This document shows, piece by piece, positions 7,701-14,416 of a DNA stretch of 33,680 nt. The notes below the pieces were generated by a model. That model saw nothing but the letters and a program-made list of their open reading frames with translations, was not told where the DNA came from and did not search any database. This DNA comes from a virus (taxonomy: Duplodnaviria; Caudoviricetes): positions 1 through 33,680 of IMG/VR virus record IMGVR_UViG_3300012933_000217; one strand, 5' to 3'. Each line of letters starts with the position of its first letter. Within the stretch, counting starts at the first letter, position 1. The position numbers and the translations under genes are program-made.

Positions 7701-7717
7701 TGCAACACGGTGTTGCA
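7701..7717. promoter_or_regulatory. 17-bp palindromic operator candidate TGCAACAC-G-GTGTTGCA
   Basis: Perfect 8-1-8 inverted repeat just downstream of the rightward -10. Related GTTGC/GCAAC sites at 7576, 7617, 7642 and 7690. Confidence 0.6.
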
Positions 7718-7734
7718 TTTAACCGGAGAGAGAG

Positions 7735-7863
7735 ATGAACACATTTCGAGAGAACTACAAGCCCGAGCCGCTGCCTTATCGCCACACTGCGAAGGATTAT
7801 TTTGTCGCGGTATTGATTGGCGCGATGCTTGCCTTGGCTTTGACTGCTTGGTGGTCGGCATGA
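7735..7863 (+). CDS. 42-aa single-TM peptide (not in ORF track)
   Basis: MNTFRENYKPEPLPYRHTAKDYFVAVLIGAMLALALTAWWSA. SD GGAGAG; ATGA overlap with the next gene. Confidence 0.7.
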   Translation: MNTFRENYKPEPLPYRHTAKDYFVAVLIGAMLALALTAWWSA

Positions 7864-8153
7864 GCGCGAAGCACACACTTGGGCCGTGGACTCACACGGG
7901 TCGTGAATTTAATGATGTGATCGACACCGAAGGTGACCTTGTTGCAGTTGCCTTGCATTTGCGTGTCGGAAAAACTGAGCGATCAATTCGTGAGGCAGAA
8001 GCCAACGCCCGCCTGATCGCCGCTGCGCCTGATTTGCTGGATGCTCTGAATGCCATGCTGACGCACATGGGAATGGATGAAGACGATTGGAACAAACCAA
8101 CCTTTGACAAGGCCCGCGCCGCCATCGCCAAAGCAACAGGAGAAAAGCAATGA
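7860..8153 (+). CDS. Phage hypothetical protein (HTxGPW...ANARLIAAAPDLL family)
   Basis: Recurrent phage early-gene motif. Start re-called to ATG 7860. Confidence 0.8.
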   Translation: MSAKHTLGPWTHTGREFNDVIDTEGDLVAVALHLRVGKTERSIREAEANARLIAAAPDLLDALNAMLTHMGMDEDDWNKPTFDKARAAIAKATGEKQ

Positions 8154-8356
8154 GCAGCTGGATAGATGAACTCAAAGCTGGAGACAGAGTTGTGTTTGAT
8201 GGTGACAAAGCAACAATTTTCAGCATCATTCGTCAGCGCCACATGAAAGCGCCGGACTATTTCAAATTGGATTTTGATGACGGTTCATACATAGACGTCA
8301 ACGACAACGAATTGATCGCCAATGGATACAAATTAGAAGGAGAGAAGCATGAATAA
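8150..8356 (+). CDS. Hypothetical protein
   Basis: SD GGAG and overlaps at both ends. Confidence 0.7.
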   Translation: MSSWIDELKAGDRVVFDGDKATIFSIIRQRHMKAPDYFKLDFDDGSYIDVNDNELIANGYKLEGEKHE

Positions 8357-8570
8357 AGAAACGGGCGGAACAGCGTTCCCAGCGGAGACAGCATTTGAGT
8401 ATACGGAGGGCATGACCCTGCGCGATTACTTCGCGGCCAAGGCGATGCAGGCAGTCATCACGGACTGGCTTAACACTGGCGATATTTTTCAAGACGCGGA
8501 GATTCCTGAAGTTATCGCAAGAGATTGCTACCTTGTTGCAGACGCCATGATTAAGGAGAGAAACCAATGA
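8349..8570 (+). CDS. Phage hypothetical protein (GGxAFP...GMTLRDYFAAKAMQ family)
   Basis: Recurrent phage motif; SD AGGAG. Confidence 0.8.
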   Translation: MNKETGGTAFPAETAFEYTEGMTLRDYFAAKAMQAVITDWLNTGDIFQDAEIPEVIARDCYLVADAMIKERNQ

Positions 8571-8842
8571 CCGAAATCAACAAAATCCTAGAAGAGCGCG
8601 GCGCTCGATACGGGAAGTTTAAAGACCACGCCAATATCGCTCAACGACTGAAATATGTTGTCCACGATGCAATGAGCGCCAATAAAAAGGAATTCCAAGA
8701 CGACCAGACCGAGGCCTTGGACATGATCTGCCACAAAATCGCCCGCATCCTAAACGGCGACCCAGACTATTCCGACAGTTGGCGAGATATTGCCGGATAC
8801 GCGACTTTGGTTGCTGATCGGTTGGATGGGGTGGAGAAATGA
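8567..8842 (+). CDS. DUF6378-like phage protein
   Basis: ERGARYGKF...KIARILNGDPDYSDSWRDIAGYATL pattern. Confidence 0.7.
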   Translation: MTEINKILEERGARYGKFKDHANIAQRLKYVVHDAMSANKKEFQDDQTEALDMICHKIARILNGDPDYSDSWRDIAGYATLVADRLDGVEK

Positions 8843-9099
8843 CACAAGACGAAATCATTGGGATGCTTCAGGAAAGCACGATTGAAAAAAGTACCGCATT
8901 TGATGGGCAGTTTTGGACATTATCAACAAAAGAAATTGAAGCCTTTGCCAAACTGGTAGCAGCTAAAGAGCGTGAGGAGTGTATTGCAATTGCTGAAAGT
9001 AAACGTCATGCACCCAACTTTCAGTTGACTTCAATGCCTCCACAAAATGGAACGGCGGTTGATATTGCAAATGCAATCCGAGCAAGAGGTGAAGCATGA
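8839..9099 (+). CDS. Hypothetical protein (EREEC...AIRARG family)
   Basis: ATGA coupling; paralog of the next gene. Confidence 0.75.
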   Translation: MTQDEIIGMLQESTIEKSTAFDGQFWTLSTKEIEAFAKLVAAKEREECIAIAESKRHAPNFQLTSMPPQNGTAVDIANAIRARGEA

Positions 9100-9329
9100 G
9101 CCACAGCCGCATGATGGCCGAGCATTTCGGCATATCCATCCTTGAGAGCGACGCAAAGTTGTTGCAAGAGCGCATTCAGTTGTTGATTACTGAGGCTTAT
9201 AACCGAGGTGTGCAACACGAGCGAGATGCTTGCGCGAAGTTATGCGAAGAGCATCCGGAGGGGCTGAATATGCTTGGTGGAGCCTTCGTTATGTGCGCCA
9301 GTGCAATCAGAGCGCGCAGCCAACAATGA
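9096..9329 (+). CDS. Hypothetical protein (ERDACAKLC...AIRARS family)
   Basis: ATGA coupling; paralog of the previous gene. Confidence 0.75.
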   Translation: MSHSRMMAEHFGISILESDAKLLQERIQLLITEAYNRGVQHERDACAKLCEEHPEGLNMLGGAFVMCASAIRARSQQ

Positions 9330-9385
9330 CCCTAACCATCCTCCTAATCGCCATGGCGATTGACCACATCTTTTTAGACCTATGA
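9326..9385 (+). CDS. 19-aa hydrophobic mini-ORF bridging to the exonuclease
   Basis: MTLTILLIAMAIDHIFLDL, with ATGA overlaps at both ends. Confidence 0.55.
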   Translation: MTLTILLIAMAIDHIFLDL

Positions 9386-10356
9386 AACCACAAGAAATCC
9401 GCACCGTACAAATCATCCAGCCAGACAACGAGGCGCACTGGCTTGAGATGCGCACGAAGGACGTCACCAGCACCGAATCCGCTGCGCTGTTTGGCATGAG
9501 CCCGTACGTGACGCACTTCGACCTCTGGCACCGTAAACGCTCTGGCGATGTGCCTGAGTTCAAAGCCAACGAAAGAATGAAGTGGGGCAACCGCCTCGAA
9601 TCCGCCATCGCCCATGGCATCGCCGAGGAAAACGGCTGGGAGATCAAGCCGATGAAGGAGTATTACCGCGACCCAGACGCGCGGCTTGGCAGCTCGTTCG
9701 ATTTCGTCATCACCAACCATCCAGACGGGCCCGCGCACTTGGAAATCAAGAACGTGGATTACTTGGCATTCCGTGACGGTTGGATTGAGCACGACGATGG
9801 CAGCATCGAAGCCCCTGAGCACATCGAAATGCAAGTCCAGCACCAGATGGCTGTCAGCGGCTTTGCCCGCTCATTCATCGGCGCGTTCATCGCAGGCAAC
9901 CGAGGCGTGGTGATCGAGCGCGAGCGCGATGAGGCCGTGATCGCCGCAATCCGCGCGAAGGTGGCCGAGTTTTGGGCCTCCATAGAAGCGGGCCAAGAAC
10001 CCACGCCTGTCATGCCCGCAGACGCCGAGGTGCTCATCCGGTTGAACCAATACGCGCAACCAGGCAAGGTGTTGGACGCCAGCAACAATGAGGAAATCGC
10101 CCGCTTGGTGGCCGACTATAAGCACGCCGCAGATCAGGCGAAAAACTGGGAAGAAGACAAAGAGGTCTGCAAGGCTAAATTGCTGGAGGCCATTGGCGAC
10201 TCCGAGAAAGTCATCCTCGAAGGCTGGAGCATCAGCGCAGGAATTCAGACCGAAACACCCCCGACTTTAATTACAAAAGAAATGGTCGGATTGACCTACG
10301 GTGGCAGAAAAGGGTATAGAATGTTGAGAATTTCGCAACGCAAGCCAAAGAAATAA
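9382..10356 (+). CDS. YqaJ-like viral recombinase exonuclease
   Basis: WLEMR...TSTESAALFG.SPY, WGNRLE, SSFDF...LEIKN, QVQHQMAVSG. Adjacent to recT. Confidence 0.9.
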   Translation: MKPQEIRTVQIIQPDNEAHWLEMRTKDVTSTESAALFGMSPYVTHFDLWHRKRSGDVPEFKANERMKWGNRLESAIAHGIAEENGWEIKPMKEYYRDPDARLGSSFDFVITNHPDGPAHLEIKNVDYLAFRDGWIEHDDGSIEAPEHIEMQVQHQMAVSGFARSFIGAFIAGNRGVVIERERDEAVIAAIRAKVAEFWASIEAGQEPTPVMPADAEVLIRLNQYAQPGKVLDASNNEEIARLVADYKHAADQAKNWEEDKEVCKAKLLEAIGDSEKVILEGWSISAGIQTETPPTLITKEMVGLTYGGRKGYRMLRISQRKPKK

Positions 10357-10361
10357 CCGCC

Positions 10362-10385
10362 ACAGGTCGGCCACCTGTATTTTTT
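10362..10385 (+). terminator. Weak intrinsic terminator-like hairpin between exonuclease and recT
   Basis: ACAGGT-CGGCC-ACCTGT followed by ATTTTTT. Confidence 0.4.
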
Positions 10386-10395
10386 AGGAGAAACC

Positions 10396-11235
10396 ATGAG
10401 TAGCAATCAAATCGTCGTGCAAGAAGTGCGACACGCCATCGAGAAGATGGCCCCCCAGTTCAAAGCGGCCTTGCCTGCGCATGTCAGCACCGAGAAGTTT
10501 GTGCGCGTCACGCTCACCGCCGTTCAGATGAACCCAGCCCTGCTTGACGCCGACCGCCGCACGCTGTTTGCAGCGGCCACACGTGCAGCTCAGATGGGTT
10601 TGCTTCCAGACGGGCGCGAGGGCGCAATTGTCACGTTTGGCAACAACGCCCAATGGATGCCGATGGTCGCTGGAATTATGAAGCTGGTGCGCAACAGCGG
10701 CGAGATCAGCACCTGGTCAGTCCAAGCGGTCTATAAAAACGACAACTTCGATTTCAGCCTTGGCGATGAGGAGCACATTAGCCACAAGCCCGCCCTGTCC
10801 AACCGTGGCGAGCTGATCGCGGTTTACTCCATCGTCACCATGAAGGACGGCGAAAAATCCCGTGAGGTCATGTCGGTCGAGGATGTAAACGCAATCCGCG
10901 CACGTAGCCGAAGTGGTAAATCCGGCCCATGGGTCAGCGACTTCGCAGAAATGGCGAAAAAGACCGTCATCCGCCGACACAGCAAGCGCTTGCCACTGAG
11001 CACCGATATTGAAGGCGTCTTGAAGGACGACGACGATTTATTCATGCCGCCAGCAGAGGCGCAAACGGCCCCAGAAGCGCAAGAAAAACAAGCGACACCC
11101 AAACGGGCTAGCCGCCTGCAAAAAGTCGCTGAACAGGCCCTTAGCGTGGACGACGATGGCGTGATTGACGTGGAGCATCGCGCACCATCGCATACGGACG
11201 CAGCTCCCGAATCTCACGAAGACTCGCCAATCTAA
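10396..11235 (+). CDS. recT: RecT single-strand annealing protein
   Basis: ALPAHV...AAQMGLLPD, KLVRNSG, PWVSDFAEMAKKTVIRR..K.LPLS. SD AGGAG. Confidence 0.92.
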   Translation: MSSNQIVVQEVRHAIEKMAPQFKAALPAHVSTEKFVRVTLTAVQMNPALLDADRRTLFAAATRAAQMGLLPDGREGAIVTFGNNAQWMPMVAGIMKLVRNSGEISTWSVQAVYKNDNFDFSLGDEEHISHKPALSNRGELIAVYSIVTMKDGEKSREVMSVEDVNAIRARSRSGKSGPWVSDFAEMAKKTVIRRHSKRLPLSTDIEGVLKDDDDLFMPPAEAQTAPEAQEKQATPKRASRLQKVAEQALSVDDDGVIDVEHRAPSHTDAAPESHEDSPI

Positions 11236-11264
11236 ACCAAGGGGCTTCGGCCCCAAAAAATACC

Positions 11265-11462
11265 ATGAATCAAAACGAACTTTTAACGCCCGATGAGGTG
11301 TCCGAAATTCTCAAAGTGACCATTGGCACGCTTGAGAACTGGCGCTTCAAAGGGTACGGCCCAAAATACATTAAGCTCGGCAACACGCGCAGAAGCCCTG
11401 TGCGCTACCGCCGCAAGGATGTTGACGGTTGGGTCGCATCGGTAAGCGGTGAGGCCGTATGA
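11265..11462 (+). CDS. Excisionase/AlpA-like HTH DNA-binding protein
   Basis: LLTPDEVSEIL.V...TLENWR..G.GPKYIKLG...VRY...DV..W. Confidence 0.85.
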   Translation: MNQNELLTPDEVSEILKVTIGTLENWRFKGYGPKYIKLGNTRRSPVRYRRKDVDGWVASVSGEAV

Positions 11463-11935
11463 AACGCCAGAAATATCCAATCCGCTACACGGTGATGGAT
11501 GTGATGATGGCCTCTCCAACGGAGCCAATGAAGCCAGAGCGTCGCCGCCACCAGCTCACAAGGATGTGGAACGGCCTTGCGTCCATTGAGACAGCGCCAG
11601 CGCCAACGACAGACGACTGGCGCGTGTGTAGCGATGCGGTGAACCTCATGGAAACCATGGTGGCGATGAGCATCGTTGAAGACAGCCAAGGCTTGATCGA
11701 GGACGCAGTGGCAGCGCTTGCGCACGCAGGTAAGCGATATCACAAAAACGGCGTGATACGCCTTGATGCGCAGGGCATGATGGCCGTTCGCGCGGTGCTG
11801 GAGGATTATGCAAACGTCCTAGAGCAGCTTCCAGAGCGAACCATCATCCAAGTGCACCGCAACACAGAGAAGCGAATCCGAGAGATTTTGCTTGGCAAGA
11901 AAAAACCACATGACGTTGAGGTGATGGACTTATGA
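11459..11935 (+). CDS. Hypothetical all-helical phage protein
   Basis: 158-aa ORF, SD GAGG, ATGA overlaps at both ends. Confidence 0.75.
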   Translation: MKRQKYPIRYTVMDVMMASPTEPMKPERRRHQLTRMWNGLASIETAPAPTTDDWRVCSDAVNLMETMVAMSIVEDSQGLIEDAVAALAHAGKRYHKNGVIRLDAQGMMAVRAVLEDYANVLEQLPERTIIQVHRNTEKRIREILLGKKKPHDVEVMDL

Positions 11936-12021
11936 AAGAAACAATTTTGATTTGGATTGCGGCGGCTGCTGTCGCCATAGCAATCAGCGCATCGCATTTG
12001 CTGGATGGAGGCGTGTTATGA
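11932..12021 (+). CDS. 29-aa hydrophobic peptide (not in ORF track)
   Basis: MKETILIWIAAAAVAIAISASHLLDGGVL, with ATGA overlaps at both ends. Confidence 0.6.
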   Translation: MKETILIWIAAAAVAIAISASHLLDGGVL

Positions 12022-12296
12022 GCGACGAAATCGAAATCAAAGACACAACTGCATCGCCAGCTTCTGAGGTGCTGATTCAAGAAGCACGCCCAACGGGTTG
12101 GTTTGGTTGGTATCGCTATTCGAACTCTGACTACTTCAATCAAGTGTTCGATACACATGGAAACGAGCATCGAGATTATCACCGCTGCCCGTATCCGCTA
12201 TTCCAGACGCGTGAAGATGTTGTCGAAGCAGCGCGCAAGTGTCTTCAAGGTCGTGGTGGTGAACTTCGGATTGTGAAGGTGGTGTTATGAGCGACG
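12013..12296 (+). repeat. 15-bp direct repeat GTGTTATGAGCGACG flanking one gene
   Basis: Identical copies at 12013-12027 and 12282-12296. Confidence 0.8.
12018..12290 (+). CDS. Hypothetical protein (90 aa)
   Basis: SD GGAGG; start re-called to ATG 12018. Confidence 0.7.
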   Translation: MSDEIEIKDTTASPASEVLIQEARPTGWFGWYRYSNSDYFNQVFDTHGNEHRDYHRCPYPLFQTREDVVEAARKCLQGRGGELRIVKVVL

Positions 12297-12571
12297 GTGG
12301 AAAAGGTAGCGCGCCAAGGCCATTCAGCGTGCCGCATAGCGATTTCGCTGCAAACTTCGACAAGATATTCGGAGCATCTAAAAATGCTTATGCCAGCGAC
12401 ACATCAATCGAACGTGTTTACATGGACACCGAAAACGAACACGACGAAGACGACGAAGACGAAATTTGCTCGTGGTGCGGAGGATGCGGTGAAGGGATGT
12501 ATGACGGTGCAGCTTGCCGCAAGTGTCACGGAACTGGCGTTGAGCCAGTAGAGCGGGAGGATGAACCGTGA
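12287..12571 (+). CDS. Small protein: GKGSxPRP motif, acidic linker, DnaJ-like Zn finger
   Basis: MSDGGKGSAPRPFSV...FDKIFG and CSWCGGCG...CRKCHGTG. Confidence 0.75.
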   Translation: MSDGGKGSAPRPFSVPHSDFAANFDKIFGASKNAYASDTSIERVYMDTENEHDEDDEDEICSWCGGCGEGMYDGAACRKCHGTGVEPVEREDEP

Positions 12572-12747
12572 AGACCACACTCATACCGACTGCAGCATGG
12601 CCGAAGGAGCCACCAAAGGTTAAGCGTGTGCGCGTGCGCATTCCACGACCCAAGGTGTACGCCAAGAAGCAACCAATCACCGAGGTCGATTACTTGCGCG
12701 AAGCGCGTGAACAAATCACTGAAATGCAAAGAAAGAGGATGAAATGA
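12568..12747 (+). CDS. 59-aa basic hypothetical protein (not in ORF track)
   Basis: GTG start with SD GGAGG; GTGA and ATGA overlaps. (M)KTTLIPTAAWPKEPPKVKRVRVRIPRPK... Confidence 0.65.
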   Translation: MKTTLIPTAAWPKEPPKVKRVRVRIPRPKVYAKKQPITEVDYLREAREQITEMQRKRMK

Positions 12748-12851
12748 ATTGGCCTTTCCCACCAGCAACAGGCGCTGTGCCTTGGACTGCCAAACAAATC
12801 AAAGCGTACAACCAAGCGCAACGCGCACAACTGCAAGAAAGCCCAATGTAA
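12744..12851 (+). CDS. 35-aa hypothetical peptide (not in ORF track)
   Basis: MNWPFPPATGAVPWTAKQIKAYNQAQRAQLQESPM. SD GAGGA; ATGA and TAATG overlaps. Confidence 0.65.
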   Translation: MNWPFPPATGAVPWTAKQIKAYNQAQRAQLQESPM

Positions 12852-13096
12852 TGACAAAACTAAAACTTGTAACTGTCACCTGCAAATTTGACTATGTAAT
12901 TGTTGTGCCAGAAGATGAAATTGATGACCCTTATTCTGTTGCATACGATGAGGCGCGTGATGCGTTTAATGACTTATCAGTACACGATATGCAAATTCAT
13001 TGCGTTCCTTTTGAGCGTTGCCCAGCCCAAGGTTGGGATGGTGATTGCATACCTTACGGCGGTGACGGAAACACAAGAACTAAGGAATATTTATGA
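12851..13096 (+). CDS. Acidic hypothetical protein (81 aa)
   Basis: Start re-called to ATG 12851 (TAATG overlap). Confidence 0.65.
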   Translation: MTKLKLVTVTCKFDYVIVVPEDEIDDPYSVAYDEARDAFNDLSVHDMQIHCVPFERCPAQGWDGDCIPYGGDGNTRTKEYL

Positions 13097-13536
13097 GTAA
13101 AGAAGCAATGAAGCTGGCGCTTGAGGCGTTGAACAATACATACGCACTGCGAGATGATGTTATTGAAGCCATCAAAGCCCTAGAAGAAGCACTAGCCAAG
13201 CAAGAGCAGTGTGAGCCGCTATTCAAATCAATCATTGAAAAGCACGAAGGATTGGCAGAAGAGCTGGCTGCTATGGATAAAGAGCGGGGTGAGCCAGCGT
13301 TTTATGCCCATGATGGCTACTTAATGACACCAGAGCGCGCAAAGTTCCTTGGTTTTCCATTGGACGGCATCCTTGCGCTTTACACCACACCACAACAACG
13401 CAAGCAGCTGACGTATGAGGAAATTCGGAAATGGTGGGCGCGTGATAACGACCTTGAAGATTGCGATATGTGCAAGATTGATGACTTTGTAAAAGTTGTC
13501 CGCGCAATCGAAGCCGCCCACGGCATTAAGGAGTAA
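13093..13536 (+). CDS. Modular phage hypothetical protein (EAMKLALEAL...RAIEAAHGI)
   Basis: SD TAAGGA; recurrent early-gene modules. Confidence 0.75.
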   Translation: MSKEAMKLALEALNNTYALRDDVIEAIKALEEALAKQEQCEPLFKSIIEKHEGLAEELAAMDKERGEPAFYAHDGYLMTPERAKFLGFPLDGILALYTTPQQRKQLTYEEIRKWWARDNDLEDCDMCKIDDFVKVVRAIEAAHGIKE

Positions 13537-13539
13537 GAC

Positions 13540-13770
13540 ATGAACATCGTAGCAACAGGTTTGCCAGCAACCATTGAAGATTACCAAGTGGCTTTAAACG
13601 CTGCTTTTGCTGGAGGTGAAGCGTTTGGTAAAGCACAACAACGCACATGGGTTGGGCTGACGGATAGAGACATCGAGGCAATATGGGGAGAGGATGTAAG
13701 CCTCATGTACTCAGGTCACTATGACGCCATTAGAGTCATTGAAGCCAAACTCAAGGAGAAGAACACATGA
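13540..13770 (+). CDS. Modular phage hypothetical protein (RTWVGLTD...IEAKLKEKNT)
   Basis: SD AAGGAG; shares a module with the previous gene. Confidence 0.75.
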   Translation: MNIVATGLPATIEDYQVALNAAFAGGEAFGKAQQRTWVGLTDRDIEAIWGEDVSLMYSGHYDAIRVIEAKLKEKNT

Positions 13771-13904
13771 AAATGGTTTTACTTGTCGGATGGTTCCATA
13801 TCATCATGTGGACGTTTGGAAGTCTAGGTGCGTTGGACTATCACCTGTGTATCAAGGCTCCTGCTGGCGCTTGCAAGAATTTCGGCATCAAGGAAAACAA
13901 ATGA
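13767..13904 (+). CDS. 45-aa hydrophobic peptide (not in ORF track)
   Basis: MKMVLLVGWFHIIMWTFGSLGALDYHLCIKAPAGACKNFGIKENK. SD AAGGAG; ATGA overlaps at both ends. Confidence 0.65.
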   Translation: MKMVLLVGWFHIIMWTFGSLGALDYHLCIKAPAGACKNFGIKENK

Positions 13905-14044
13905 CCAAAGAAGAGCTAATCCAAATGCTTCGTGGCGTAGGCTGCGATGAAAACACAATTACAGCTATGTCAAACGCTTACGATTTAGGCTTTGAACACG
14001 CAAAAGAAACACTGGAGAAAAAATGCGAAAACCAATCGGCCTAA
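13901..14044 (+). CDS. 47-aa hypothetical protein
   Basis: Start re-called to ATG 13901; SD AAGGA. Confidence 0.65.
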   Translation: MTKEELIQMLRGVGCDENTITAMSNAYDLGFEHAKETLEKKCENQSA

Positions 14045-14208
14045 CAGTGCCGCACAGAGAAGTTGGCTACAAAGAACCAAAGGGATGGCGCGGAATTGCT
14101 GACAGCGAGATCATTGAGATTTTGCGTGACTACAACATGGAGCCATCACCGAACAGAATGAGCTACACCAAAGAAATCATCCGAACATTGATGGAGCGCA
14201 ACACATGA
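14023..14208 (+). CDS. Hypothetical protein (61 aa)
   Basis: SD GGAG. WRGIADSEI...MERNT resembles the 13540 module. Confidence 0.65.
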   Translation: MRKPIGLTVPHREVGYKEPKGWRGIADSEIIEILRDYNMEPSPNRMSYTKEIIRTLMERNT

Positions 14209-14318
14209 GCGAGGAACTAAAAAGCCTGCTGACTTTGATCGGGTTGATCTTTGCGTCAGCAGGCTTGACTGGTGTTGTTCTATGCTGGTTTGTCAGTAGG
14301 AACCTTTGTAAAGATTGA
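14205..14318 (+). CDS. 37-aa single-TM peptide (not in ORF track)
   Basis: MSEELKSLLTLIGLIFASAGLTGVVLCWFVSRNLCKD. SD GGAG; ATGA overlap. Confidence 0.6.
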   Translation: MSEELKSLLTLIGLIFASAGLTGVVLCWFVSRNLCKD

Positions 14319-14322
14319 GCCG

Positions 14323-14328
14323 TATAAT
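14323..14328 (+). promoter_or_regulatory. -10 box TATAAT ahead of the HNH leader RNA
   Basis: Perfect hexamer directly before the structured leader; no canonical -35. Confidence 0.5.
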
Positions 14329-14330
14329 TT

Positions 14331-14416
14331 GTTGTGGCTACCTTTAGCGGGGGAAAAGTAGATTCATTCACTACCTGCCACAACTTCTTTGAATGATTAA
14401 CCAAGAATGAGGTTAT
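14331..14416 (+). ncRNA. Candidate structured leader RNA (copy A) upstream of HNH
   Basis: P1 GTTGTGGC/GCCACAAC; P2 CCTT-TAGC-GGGG; linker GAAAA(G); P3 GTAG/CTAC with loop ATTCATTCA, complementary to downstream TGAATGA and GAATGA(GGT). Confidence 0.6.

Noticed and set aside
7680-7859. Long N-terminal extensions given by the ORF track (e.g. starts at 7680, 1301, 6172, 7718, 11952, 12749, 13721, 15926)
   Set aside because: Downstream starts with an SD, stop/start overlap or promoter fit better, and the extensions overlap other genes or promoters.
14331-14384. Leader RNA considered as a hammerhead or HDV-like ribozyme, tRNA, or cobalamin riboswitch
   Set aside because: No CUGAnGA core, no nested double pseudoknot, no T-loop/anticodon cloverleaf and no B12 box. 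Only a short CUGCC is shared.
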